Of a DNA stretch of 64,000 nt, positions 24,723 to 38,190 are shown piece by piece. Every line of letters begins with the position of its first letter. The first letter of the stretch is position 1. The stretch is from Perkinsus chesapeaki ATCC PRA-425. Lineage: Eukaryota; Protista; Perkinsozoa. The translations under genes were made by a program, and so were the position numbers. The notes under the pieces are model-generated. The model was not told the DNA's origin and did not search any database. It was given only the letters and a program-made list of their open reading frames with translations. The stretch is from assembly GCA_013115145.1 (NCBI GenBank), contig JAAPAO010000006.1, positions 1-64,000 on the forward strand. The letters are read 5' to 3'.

Positions 24723-24849
24723 GCCGACTTTGACAATGAGCGAGCAACCTAGTAATACATAGTACACTATCCACACATTCTTGTTGATGATCCCACATTA
24801 ACCTTATCTCGTAAAGATTTTCGCATTAATAAATTACGACGCAAGCTGT

Positions 24850-27800
24850 GAATAGCTCGCCTCTTAGCGGCATAACTACCAGTGATAATACACAACACTT
24901 TACCAATCCATCCTACATAGCATGATCCTGCGCCATTATCAATCTCATACCATGACCCTCTGCATTATCAACTGCAGCGTCGGCTACCGATAACACCTGT
25001 TGGTCCAGATGAATATGTGCACTTTAAGGGTTCCTACGATTCCTCGGATTTTCTGCAACAACTGCATTCTATCCTCTAGCTGTACGCGCCTATTAGACTG
25101 CTGCTTCTTCATAGCCTTTACGACGAGTGATACCTTCCATTCGTTTCAAGACCCCATTGCAGCCCCCTATAGACGACCTTACAGCCAGCTTCCACGCAGC
25201 AGTTGCTGATGGACGGGGGTCCCACACCTGGTGAGCCAACTTCGCCTTAGCGGCAGCTCTAAGAATCTCCCGAACCTATTGTCAATCTTCATAACGTCAC
25301 ACTGACCAATACTACATTATTTCCATGATGAATACTTGTCTCAAGTAGTAACATCTGATAATCCTCCACACTCATCTTATGCAGGAAGTCCATCAATGCC
25401 CTCTTCTGGGGTTCCCTCAACGCCTATGATATCAACCACAACGATTCCCGTATCCATTATTAATCTGCAATACCCTACACTAGGTTGGTAGAACTTCAGT
25501 TCCTGGGTGAGCTTGAGAAGGTATCTGCAATGCTCAGGAGTAGTGTCAGCCTCGTGGTAATGAACTACCGTCTTGAGAACATTTTCCACAACGAATGCCT
25601 GTAGAATAATACTGCTATTAGGCCTATCATAATCACTATAAGCTGAAATCTGATAAGGTATCATATACACCATTCTGCATACATTTAACATTACTTTGTA
25701 ATGGCGGTATTGAAATATAGTGCATCAAGACATAAGACTGGAACTATTTCTAACACCTAACACACCATCCCTGGGACGATGGCTCTATTAAAAAGGTAAG
25801 CTCACTGGCCTAGTGCTCCAAGTATGAACAGCTGATCCTTGATCAAAAAGCGATCTAGCAGTTGACCACGGTGATAACAGGTATGACATTGCAAACCCAA
25901 CCTATGTACACAATGCCACATATTAACTGTTATTCACATCGATATGAACTCACACATATAGCAACAATCAACCCTGTAGTGGCGTCCGAAGTCGAGGGTG
26001 CTATGAAGCCAGCCGCGCCCTCTACTGTGATGGTATCCAATTGATCAGGTGTATCAGGGGGTAGTAGCCCATATCTGGTATTCCGACTGTATCGCTCTTC
26101 TCTTCTTATATTACTTAAGCGTATCACGTCCCATGTGATCAGTAATCCAACTCATAATCGATGCAAGTGGGAGAAGGTATGTGAAGTCAGACATCAGCTG
26201 AAGTCTAATGTGCAGAGTTACGGATGGTCATTACCAAAAGATCTTTCGTTCCCAATGGTCCCACACCATGTAGATCGGTATCAGCTAGGCCCGAATCAAA
26301 GATAACCTCGAAGTACGAAAGATATGGATTTAGTAGACACGCAATCTAATTACATCCAATCTGTATAGTATCGGACCCGGGAACTTTGAGAATCTATGTT
26401 TTCTAGGTGCCGATGTAGTTATCCATAAGCCTAATTAGCAACTCTACTCATCCCACCCAAAGCACCTATTACTTTCATCCATGGGCGCCGGCTCAGGCTC
26501 AAATGCTCCCTCTGATGCATTTGTAAAGCTCTGTTTAATAAAAGCACTCCGCAGTGTGAGTAGTGCGCGCCCTCCTAGGAACCTGCCCATAAAATGCTGA
26601 AGTAAGCAGTGAGCAGCAAAGTAATGTACATCAAATGTTTCGCGCCAAAGCCTCCATTCCCCGCATCACTGGATTCTCCCGTAAAGTATAACACCTATAG
26701 ATCATCCATGAAACACCGGCCCTTCAGAAGGTGTTACCGTGAGGAATACAAGCACAACATAAACCTTTGCCAATGCGTACTGACCCTCACGACGAACTGG
26801 CCCGCTGACGACGGTGGGATCTGCAACATGTCATGCCCTTCAAAGTGAGGTGCACGCATTGCATTACATATTAATACACTCAATACCGGGTCCAGTATCC
26901 ACAACGATATACAGTCAGTTAAGGTGAGTCCATCTTTCAATGACATCAATGTCAATACCTGGTACCGATCATATTCCAAGTCATAATACATTCCTACATG
27001 TGAGGTAACACCAGCTAAGGCTAGGGCTGGTAAATGAGAGAGTGGACTGAACTGGTTCATCTGATCAGGACATACTTCTGACCTACTCTTCAATTAGAAA
27101 TTCACCTCTCGATCACGTCCAACATAGAGTCTTGCAACCATAGATGCTACTGCTAACCATGGCCATATAGTCATGACATACACATATGCCACCCATATAT
27201 TCTTGTAACTACCTCCGATGGGGATAAGAACACTACATGCAATAGTCACACTTACACAAACCAACCCATCATCCATAAAATACCAAAGACTCCTAGAAGT
27301 GCTGTATTAGACACTAGAGCAGCCATCCTCGGGCATGGTATAGCCGTCAGCATAGAACGCATCTACTTTTACTCCAAACCATATTATCTACATCACTTAC
27401 TGATATTGCAAATGGCAATAGAGCCGATACAGACAAAAGCAGCATAAAGTTGGTTATGTTCCAATACCTGCCTCCCACAGTCACACATCAAACCCTATAC
27501 CCAGTATTACGTCTGTAAAGCTTTAGCACAGCATAACATAGTCCAAGGGCTAGAGATAAGATACATTGTATTAACCTAAACTATCTCATTCTTATCATAG
27601 GTAATCTCTCTGCAGTTTACAAATAGCTGACGCTTTTCGAAGTCGGATAACCGTATGGTAAGCAGACCAGCTACTAGGATAACAAGCCTATCAAGTTACA
27701 CATAACATACACTCGGCTTAAATATATCTTCTCACCTTTGTGATGCTTGTGCCACCAGTTTGGCCGTTCTTACACCGAGCCTCGACAAGAAGAGTACTTG

Positions 27801-27860
27801 ATCCTCCGCAATCGCCACTTTAGTATCTCGATTAGTGATGCCTGGCGTGCGTAGCTGCAT
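24850..27860 (-). CDS. Multi-pass membrane protein of unknown function (one or two genes)
   Basis: Many small exons with hydrophobic stretches (RYWNITNFMLLLSVSALLPF, GVFGILWMMGWFV, VLEIVPVLCLDALYF); no canonical channel pore motif found. Confidence 0.4.
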
Positions 27861-28110
27861 GATGAGATCGAACTATGAGATTTTAACTGATCAGTAGGAC
27901 ATTGGTTGGCGCGAACTCCCAGAATTTTGATTGGTTGAGGCGTGCGCTGAAAAACTACAGAAAGCGCCCGCCTCGAAATGTTACTGCGACGCGTGGCAGT
28001 TCGTATGACAAGACATTTATTCGGTCGAAAACCTCGTAAAGTTTCACTCGAGCTTGTGGTTGGTATCGATTGAACAACTCTCGTTCTATGAGTTTTATAA
28101 TACGAACCAA

Positions 28111-29330
28111 TTACTTGTCTAGACTGACTAGGAAATACTGGTTATGTAATACTACTGCGACAGTACTACTGTCACAGTGCTGGTAATAGAACGGACCGTG
28201 ATTCACGGTCCATCCGCGGGACAGCGAGTGTCTCTGGGTGTGAACGCAAATTATTTGTATACTTCTAAGTATACATCTATACCAACTTGGTATTACCAAG
28301 TCTACCTATACATGGGCAATCTCAGTTTGCTCACGTGCTCTCGCAGAACTCAAGGCATCAGAGTCAAAAACATACCGTCATAACGTTATTAGTCGAGCAC
28401 AGAAATCTAAGCGAGAGTTTAAAATCGTTCAGCTGTTTTCTGAATGGATACTTTCACCTGATCGTCGAACATAGAGAGGTTTCAGGAGGCGAAGTGATAA
28501 TCACCTTCCAATCAGCGTCGCTATCAGAATTCGTAGCGCGAATATCAACTTGAACTTCGAAGGTTTGCGCCTCCTTTTTCATAGCTTTGAGGACCAACAT
28601 CCACTCAGTTACATCAAAACTGAAATAAGCAAGTCGATGGTATTCAATATCTCTGAATTTAAAATATTCGAAATACAGCGGATTAATAATTTATTTATCT
28701 CGCTAACTGGCCAAACTGCATCCAGCTAAGTGAATAATAACCAATTTATACTTGGCAAGGAGGAGGATCCGTAGTACGAATTCCGTACCTGTTGATGATC
28801 TTCCCCAACTGTCGTATCTCGCCAGCGACTTCTTGTCGAGAAACATTACAGTTCACAGAGCACGATGGATTTGTAAGCTTATTCAAAAGCCGCAAGAATA
28901 GATGTCTGAAAGGGTGAAATCAAAAGAGAAAACAAGGACCAGTTATTCATTCAGGAATCTAAAGCAGGTCTTACTTTAGTAGTTCCCTTGTGACTAGTTT
29001 CCGTCTGGCTTCTTGGCAACCATTCTTCATTATGCTCATCTGCTTCGATAAAGACGCATTCACTGCGGCCAAAGACAGTAGAGTAGTGCCCTGGAAAAGT
29101 ATAACTAAAACATGCTCTAGACACCTATTGACATGTTCATCACTATGAACATCGTCGGACTGTACCTCAATTGCATTGTTGCTTTCCTCATCTTCGCTCT
29201 CGCTTCCTTCTTCTCCAGGAAGCTGTTCTTCTTGTTTAGGCTCAGTTGTAGGGGGTGTCCAGGAGGCCACATTCGAAGCCTTGAGAGACCTCGACGGTGT
29301 ACCGGTTGCCCTAGCAGGCTCAGTGCTCAT
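28111..29330 (-). CDS. Hypothetical protein with acidic N-terminus
   Basis: ORF 28971-29330 (MSTEPARATG...EEGSESEDEES) plus downstream exon-like frames. Confidence 0.4.
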
Positions 29331-29665
29331 GTCTAATGAAAAAAACTCAAGGAAGATGCCACCTGAGTGTTACATTGACTACATGGTACGGAAATGGTCT
29401 AACACCATGATTGAGATCACACTCGGGATACATGCTGTTCCGAAGCACACATCGGAACTTCCCAGAACAACATCAACCTGCTGCACCCTAGGCAATTGTG
29501 TGCCGCTAATAAACTAAGTGAACTACCTAAAGTTGCGCACAAAGCACAAGCCCGCTATCCGCACTCTCAGAGCTGCCCTAGAGGTTAACAACTTAACGCG
29601 AAACTGTTGGTAATTGGATCGTTATCGGAGACTACCAAAGACGGCGGTACAGACAGATGGTAAGA

Positions 29666-30250
29666 TCATTCCCGAGATCTTATAGACCGAAAAATTAATG
29701 TCGAATCTACGTTAGGTAATACTTGTATAGGCTGACCATACAAAAGACATCCACTCATTGACAAGGCCCTTGGAACAGCGCTGATGTCAACAAACTGCAC
29801 ATACCCGAATCCACGTACTCTACCAGTCTCTGCAATTATAGGGATATGCGTCTCGATAATAGTACCGCAATGTGAGAATAATTCAAACAATGTTCCTTCA
29901 GTAATGCATTGGGGTAAATTAGTTACAAATATTGACGAGATACCCCATTTAGACCAGGACATACGCTTAGGCCTTGACCTTTTAGGTTTCGGCTCCCGGC
30001 ATGATTCAATATCACAACCATAATCACCTTCACTATCTGTTGTGGAGTCCATATCCATCGAATCGTCTAAACAAAAGATGAACACAGTCTTGTTACATCA
30101 ATCCACGATATTATGTCCCCACCGACCAACTCGGGAGGGTGTGTTATTCAAACACACGTAGTCTGATGGAACCCCGCACATTCCCTTAGTTCCCTTGACC
30201 TACCGACTAGCATGTCATCTACACCCCTCTTTGTCATGTTTTGACATAGA
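29666..30250 (-). CDS. RRM RNA-binding protein
   Basis: RNP2 IFVTNLP and RNP1 RGFGYVQF in ORF 29666-30085; 5' end uncertain. Confidence 0.75.
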
Positions 30251-30316
30251 AATCCGTAACCACTACGAACACTGCATACTTTGAGTTGTTAACACAACAC
30301 TGATTATTCAAACCAT

Positions 30317-33300
30317 TCAATTGGACAATGCCACATGAATATCATGCTGGTAGCGTCCTTCGTCTACGAAACGCACGTTTCTGATGCCAGAATCCGCTGG
30401 GATGTCATTAAGATTGAATACCTTTCGTTTAGGAGGTCGGAGAGATGTTCCAATTATCTCCAATTTAGAGTATTGTATTAACGGCCTAGGTATGCTAAAT
30501 GTCGAGCGATAACAAAGCTTCCAAGACCCTGAGATACATAGATGAGATCCTAACGACATAAGACTCCGTTCACCAGTATCAGCTGATACATTATCCTTAT
30601 AATCAACAAGGACCTTGACGGTATCTTCCATAACATCCTTAGTCAGAGCTTCTGTGACCTTAAACACGTAGACCCTATCAGAAATACACAATATCCTCTA
30701 CCTTTGTACTGTATTCCATTGCTGGAGATGAGTTCACCTCGATCAGCCACACACGGAACTGACCGCTTCGGTAATCAGTACTACCTTGTGCTGAAGTGAT
30801 TACAACTCTAATCAACACTTGAGAAAGCATACTACAAGTATCGGATATCATGAAGTCATAACCAAAGAGCTCACAGCTACCCTTTCGGTGATCGATGTTA
30901 TCAAAAACACACCAGAGAGATGATACAACAATCTCCTCGATCTAATGACAGAATGTTGAGAGGAGACGTACGTACGATCAGAGGATCGCACCTGAGGCTG
31001 CAGACTTTCGGACCATATATCCTCACAATGGGTTGATGCGGGTTCATCTATGACACTAGGAACATGGCATGGCTTTCTATCAAGCGGTGATCCTACAACA
31101 ACCAGGAGGGGCCATGGAGATCAGAATTACTGTTTCTACCAATATCGAATCCATCGCGACAAATTCGAGGAGAGCATTCAACCCCTGGTTTTATGTGCGC
31201 TTCATTTTTACCTGTGGTAAGAGTATCACAACAACGCATCATCACAGCCGAAGCCCTTACAATACGTATTATGCAGATAACGTTGAAAATCATTCAAGAA
31301 CCACATGAATCCATCAGAGTCTTCGATCTCCTCCTTGGAACGATGGAACTCTGGATGATCTTTAACTATGCTATTGTTCACCATGTGGATGTACTTGTCC
31401 TCGCATTGAAGTGTTGGATCGTATCTTACCCACGCCATTATTATTGTATACGGCAAGCATTTCATCTACTTCTCACTAGCAAATCGTATATACGGTCGCT
31501 GCCATATCCAAACCGATAATGGGTTCCAGTCCGTAACCAGTACCCATACTCTAATATCGAACTTATATCCTTTAATGAGAAGAGGACGTTCTATGTATTT
31601 TTGGACAACCTTAAAACCAATAACTTCGCTGTGTGCCATAATCCTAGTGAAGTACTACTACCCATTGTTCAGATATGTTATCTGAGTCATCAGTCTCATC
31701 ACTACATCGACATTTCGATAATATTTCCTGTAGACATCGCATCATTTGTATTCCTCTTCCTCGTGATTTCCCCCCGGGCTTGATCTATACGAGTTACATG
31801 ATGGTCATCATACGAATCATCTATATGGAAGGACTTATTACTATCCATGCATTATGTAGTCCATCAATATGAGCACATTGGGGTGTAGTTGAATACAAAT
31901 GTGTCAATACTCTGAAGTCTATATTTACAAAACCTTCGACACCAGCAACGCCGACTCACCGTTTCACTTCTGCTATTGTCCATCGACCAATAGGTTTACT
32001 CGTATAATGACTAGCAACAACGTATCTCGCACATGATGTAACATCTGCTGCTGACCCTCGGATACAAGACGACGACTGAGCGAAAGCTTCCACTGTCCTA
32101 TGTCCGAGTGGTTCCTATCACCCCGTTAGTCGCATCCTCATCATCATCCGAGTCGGAGTCAGGGGGGCCAATGTCTGCATCAAGGACTGACTTGGGCAGC
32201 GAACCTTACCCAAAAAGTGCATATCACAACCCCCAAGACCGTGCCTTGCCTTCACCATCATCCACACATTCCATTGGGTTATCCAAAGATACATATCTCA
32301 AGAGCTCCCATTCAAAACTACTTATATTGCCATGACCAAATGACACGAGTTCCGAGTCGATAACATCATTAATGTCACGTTGTTGCCTTTCGCATACCCT
32401 CAACGCGGCATCTACTATACGGGGACCGTATCTTATTCATGACATAGCAGCAGATGGGCTGATAGCCTCACGTCAGTGTCGATTCCTCGGAACTATTGAC
32501 ATGTTCCAGGAATCCTCGCAGGATACTCACACACTTGGTTAACTTATATTCCTGATATAACCTTCGAGTCGGACTCTCATAAAACACGGCTACTACTAAT
32601 ATGAAGTCACCAACATCCTGAGGGTCACTGAGATCATACGCTCTGGGGTAGTAGTGTTCCATATCCACGAGGTTATGTACAGAATATGAATGCCGAAGGT
32701 TGTTAGTCAAACCTAACCTACGCCCAGGGAGCTTCAATACTCCTCCGACACAACAGCACCTTTCTTTGTCGTTATCTCGCGGTTCCTTCCAAAATGGTTA
32801 ACTACCTGCCCTTCCTTCAAAGCAATATAATCTATATCTTTCGCATTGAGTGTCCATTTAATGTCAAACTTAGTGCCTGCTAGTGCATTTTCACGCTTCA
32901 ACATCACGCTCATCTCACTCTCCCAATTAACGTTCTCCACCCAACCCCTGCGTAATAATGATTCCTTGAGGTCCTTATAACCTCCCTTAATGATGAATAT
33001 CTGAATGCTTTTCATATTCCCGTGAGCTACGAATCCTGGCTCACACGCTTTCTGCAAGGCTTTTCCGTTTCCCTCTTTTTGAGATATGATTGGCCCCCAG
33101 AGGAATCTTCGACGTGCTCAGTTATTGACCTTAATATAAGTAGCGATGCCCCCATGAACCATGTTGGGCTCCCCCCCGGCCACATGCTGTACTACCGAGC
33201 TCCTCCACTATTCGATGGCTAAAGACGAGACGTAATGTATAATAATATGCAGATTACATTACATCAATACCCTCCTGTATAGAGCTTCGCATCTTTAATA

Positions 33301-33656
33301 CTTCTCTGAAGATCATCCTGCTAGAACCTTCCTGGAAGTCCCCAAGTACCTTCTGCTCCTTTCAGCTAAAAGCCTGTACTGTTCCTCCTTCGCCCGCTCT
33401 TTCTCCATGCGTAACTACCCAGTTTCTTAAGAAACAACATTATGTTCATCACCCACGGCGTTCCTCAACTTTGCTTGAGCGATGGCAACTTTTCCAGAGT
33501 GCGCCACGGGAGGCATAGATGCCGACCGATGGGGCTTTGGACGCGCTCTGCATAAACAGCTGTGATTTGCTCTATTATGGCAACAGACTTGTGCCTCGCC
33601 GGTTTTATCAGGAAAGGAGATTCCGTTTCACCACCCTCACGCCTGCTACCCTGCAT
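30317..33656 (-). CDS. Tubulin glycylase, TTLL3/TTLL8-like
   Basis: [128 protein letters not shown]. Confidence 0.85.
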
Positions 33657-33780
33657 ATCTATCATTTAAAAAACCTAATTATAAAGAACAACAGCATTTA
33701 TAACAACTGTGATCAACACTTTATTGTACATCCATAAACTTTATATTATCTCATATTACAACACATCATCAACTATAACA

Positions 33781-34244
33781 TTATCTCGCCTGGTTCGGCA
33801 CAGGTATCATTTCAAAATCGTCCTATAGTGACAGTCTCACCATCGACTGTGAATTAACCCGGATATCACTACCTTAGCTCTTTCTATCATATCTGCCATC
33901 ATTCTATGTTCATCTTCTAGCGTGTTCTCTCGGTACGACAATGACTGTTTGCGTAGGTACCTATTATGAACCTCCCCCGTCGCATCTCCCATTGACTTTA
34001 ACTATCACTTCATCTCGTATTGTTTATCCATAACTACACACCCTACATAGACTCCAAAATAAGTCATTATACAGAGAGGAATACCTGCACTGAATACCCA
34101 GTACCTAAATATATAAAAGGGGAAGAGCCGCCTTGTGGGACAGCTGGCTACATACTGCTGATCGAACCGCCAAAGCCTTTTCTTAAAAAGTCTCCATTGC
34201 CGTCTACGGAAGACCCTGAAACCACCAAATGCAGAGGAAAGCAT
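33781..34244 (-). CDS. COX16-like small mitochondrial protein
   Basis: Single TM (WVFSAGIPLCIMTYFGVY), then LSYRENTLEDEH...DDFEMIPVP*, paralleling COX16 (GLPF...SLEEE...DDWENIR.P). Confidence 0.5.
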
Positions 34245-34499
34245 TACGCCGCTGAAGCGGCAGGCAAGAGAAACTGCAGTATGTTATTCAGCACTTGAAC
34301 ACAAAGACGGAAGCCCCATAGTGAAAGAGATTGTGACTGAGTTCAGCTCTACCACGACGGCCGATACTTGCTAACTTAAGCCATTATGGTATCGACGAAT
34401 GATTAGAGAACTAGTTCGTCACTTTCACGGTAGTAATGCATACGCGATACTGTAAGTGTCACGCCATTTATGATAGATGATGTAGTTTGCATTGCCTTT

Positions 34500-35730
34500 A
34501 GAAATGTACAGGTGTAATACGTTAGCCATAATAGTCGCATTCAATCATCGTAATAATGATGAGATCAAAGGAGGATCGGCACTGGATACTCCAGCATTAA
34601 CATTGCCATCATCATTGTGAGTTCTAGACTATGTTGCTGCTGCTTGCATCAATTCATTTAAATGATTGTCATCACTACCAACCATCGCCTTTAGAACACT
34701 CTTCATAATTATAACCACACGAACGGTGCCGTTGTTCGCAACGCATGCGCCGTACCTCCTATAATAGACCTTTCTCTCTAACCGCAATGCTTAACACATG
34801 CATTACCTCTTCCATATAAGCTCTAAGCTGTTCCTTCATACGATATTGCTGGAATGATAGCTTTGGCAACATTCCTTGCCCTACTTGCTTGTGTTGTTGC
34901 TGTTGTTGATTGTAAGCTGGAGTCACTGCAGGATGGTTATAACGAGCCGCATCCGCCAGATATTGCTCCTTAACATCGCATAATTGCGCAGCTTGTGAAT
35001 CGTAAGCGCAGTTTGGACCTATAGGATATCATTCGAAACTATAAAAAATCTAACAGCTTCATACCATTGCCAAAGCCTTCAGAACAGCGGAGACGTTTGG
35101 TAGGAGGGTCGACGGTAGACCTGTGAAGGAAATACCAAGGCTACTGCGTATGTCGTGAAGCATGTCATCGCATCGATAACAGTTATCCCTGAGTACTACA
35201 TCGTTCCATTAACATCAGATGCTCTTCGTTTATTAGGACTATTGGTGATGCCCATAGTCCTATCTCCTTCTTCTACTGCCAAATGCCTATAAGAGGCACC
35301 TCTAGGATATACCATGATACTAGTTTAGTAGCAGTCAATCGGGGAGTCAGACAATAGACAGAGACTGTGATATTACAACAACAAAAGGGCTCAACAAGCA
35401 AGTGCTGGAAGCAAAGAGTAACCAGAATACATCATACACTACAACTCAATTCACAGTGCAACACCAATGGGAATAAGGACAGATAAGTAAGTTGACAGTG
35501 GACCCGGGTGAGGACGAATCTTGCCATCTTACCCTATCTTGAAACAGCGCAACTTAGTGATAGACTGCAACAGTCAAAACCCGAAACAGTCGAGTGGATC
35601 CGGTGAGCTACTCGGCATGATGAATTTGGAATGTTCTGCTGCCAAACTCTGCAAGCTCCCGCGTCCGTCGATGACCTACTGTATTCTTGGTGAGAAGTAT
35701 TACTGTCGAGCAGTGTAATCGATATCATAC
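34500..35730 (-). CDS. Hypothetical multi-exon protein with a short polyQ tract
   Basis: AYNQQQQQHKQVGQGMLPKLSFQQYRMKEQLRAYMEE and flanking exon-like frames. Confidence 0.3.
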
Positions 35731-36059
35731 CGGTTGAGTTTCTGCTACTGCTAGCTTCACCCTAGTCTTCCTCATGCTACCTTCATTAAAAAGCACACCT
35801 CTGAGACCTGTCATATTCAGTAAGTCAGGGGTAGATGCTTCAAAGTGGTTCAATTAACCCAACAGTTTACCTGGCTGCTTCTGCCATTGTTGCTAGTCTT
35901 GAATATAGTAAAAAGGTCTAACAGTAGTAACCTGATTATTACCTGTAAGGACTGCTAACCCAGCTACCCCTACTCCCTTCGAATACAATAGTTTTGCGTC
36001 CATCTCTGTGAGTACTGCACCTAGGACTCGCTGTTAGGGCGAAGCCAACTCATTGGTCT

Positions 36060-37039
36060 CATCGGAAGCTATCAGAGCATCGGATTCGCTACCCAGACAC
36101 CTCGTCTATGGAGTGGAGGCGATTTCAAATATAAAAAAGATGATGAGGTTGAGTAAGACGTCTTAAAGGTTATATGTATGCATGTGCTTTGTGTGAGGTA
36201 CACAGAACAGCACGTTAAAAAGTGGAAGTCATGGATGGGCAACGACTATGCTAAATATACGTAGTATCATGTATGACAATGATTTATATAGAGGTATCCT
36301 TTCAGGCAAGATGAATTGATTGCGTGGCGCAGACCATTCGACGAGCTTTCCAAGGGTGGTTTGATCAATGTTAACAGCTTTATGAAGATAGTCAAAACTA
36401 AGGTACTGATATTTTCCCACTTCATTCGCTGACCATTACTGGATAGCTTATTCACTATCGATATCGTCATTGCGGCGCACCACTGTCCTTGTGTGTTACC
36501 TAGTTGCTAACCCTAGGCCTCCTTTGTTGTTTTGTAGTGATTTCTCAGGTTGGTCGTTCAGTGCCTCAGAAGTCTTTGCACACATATGCTATGAAGCTTT
36601 GGCGAGAGTGAGTTATCAATTCCGTTGTATTGTCAGAGCGCTGCGCTGTAGATGGGATGAGGATCAGTCCAATTTTATCGACTTTGCAGAATTCATTCAC
36701 AACATGAAGTAAGCGGGCGTTCTAGATTTTAGATTATGTTTTTAGTCTTATTCGTGTAGGAACTTCGATGCTCATGTTTTGAAGACTACCTTGCGTGAGG
36801 ACACCAAAGCAGCCGACACTTTCGACACATACAAGAATCCGGACACTGGTAAATTAGATGACGAAGGTATATTCGAGATTATGGCGGCTAACAACTTCCT
36901 TGTCACTACCACTACAGATGCTGAGGTAATAGTTATATTAGCGCTCATGGCACGCGCCGTATAGGAAATATTGGCCATTGCTGGAGATGGCAAATCATTG
37001 TCTAAGGAAGAGTTTATTCAATGGATCAATGAGGATTGA
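36060..37039 (+). CDS. Calmodulin/centrin-like EF-hand protein (5' end uncertain)
   Basis: PFRQDELIAWRRPFDELSKGGLINVNSF, WDEDQSNFIDFAEF (canonical EF loop), YKNPDTGKLDDEGI, AGDGKSLSKEEFIQWINED*. Confidence 0.7.
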
Positions 37040-37256
37040 TCGTTGAGGAACGTATTTATAGAGTATTATCATTTGTGCGCAAATGAAGGTGGAAGGCTGC
37101 TGTAATAGCGGCTCTCTATTATTATCACATGTGACGACATTTTTAATACTTCAAAACGCTGAAAGTGGCGCCTAGTGACCCATGTCCTCATCACATGTTG
37201 TGTTAGAGTGATTATACCATACCACCATCATAGGCATTCCTCTCCATAAGATAGTC

Positions 37257-38190
37257 ATGCCACTAGCTGGACGATCTGCAGTCAGCGTTGCAGTTGTCAC
37301 CGGAGTCCTCACCGCTATTACACTGGTAATATATTCTCATTGTTTTTGCCCCTCCGATCTTCATTTGAGATTAGGCTGTCCTAGCTATGAAACGTCGGTC
37401 AAGAGCTATACATGCTTCTTTAGTGGAGAAGCTATCTGTGGACGGAACAACTTTAATATCACGGGTATTGGACTGCCTCGCAATAGCACTATTCGATGAG
37501 CTATGGTCCCCATCTGTCGAGTGTTGGCTTGTATCAAAGGAGGTTGAGGTAAGAACTCGTACAAGGGCGAAGGGTCCCCAGTTGCTGCCTGCAGTCCCGT
37601 GCGCTTCCACAAGGCAAGGTGGATGAGTCCACTACGTTGTCAGTTGCCGAAAGGTAATACATTAATGTGATATTATATTGTAGTAGTGATGACACAGGGT
37701 TCACATCAGATTCCCTTCAATTAGAGATAGGCTTCTTTCGAGGCAGGCGAAAGTACTAGGGGATTTCAGGATCACAGAGAGATCACTGGAGCAAGCAGAA
37801 TCCTGGTGGAAACGAGAAGCTGAGGTTGGCGTATAATTTGGTCTTATCATTCCACTCTAACTAGAATTTTTCAGGAGAACAATATAGCGGCCAAGGCTGT
37901 TGTGGAAAAATTCACAACTATCGAACGGATGCTTGCCCAAGGCCCTAACCAATTAGTTCAGCCTCCTGAGTGTCTCTTTGAACAGGTATAGTCATCATTA
38001 CTTCCACTTTGTTTATATTCGATCAATTATAGGCTAATCTTGAGTACGGCGATGTGGAGGCTGTAAGCAAAGCGATTGGAGAGTATCACACCCATTTGCC
38101 TACACTTGAGGGATTTGACACAAAGTGCCCTCCCAGACTCGAGGATTTCGAAGCGCTCCTTCAAAAGAAACAAGAACCGCTTCCTCTAAC
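37257..38190 (+). CDS. Hypothetical N-terminally anchored protein
   Basis: MPLAGRSAVSVAVVTGVLTAITL (TM), then spliced frames AMKRRSRAIHASLVEKL..., NLEYGDVEAVSKAIGEY. Confidence 0.45.
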
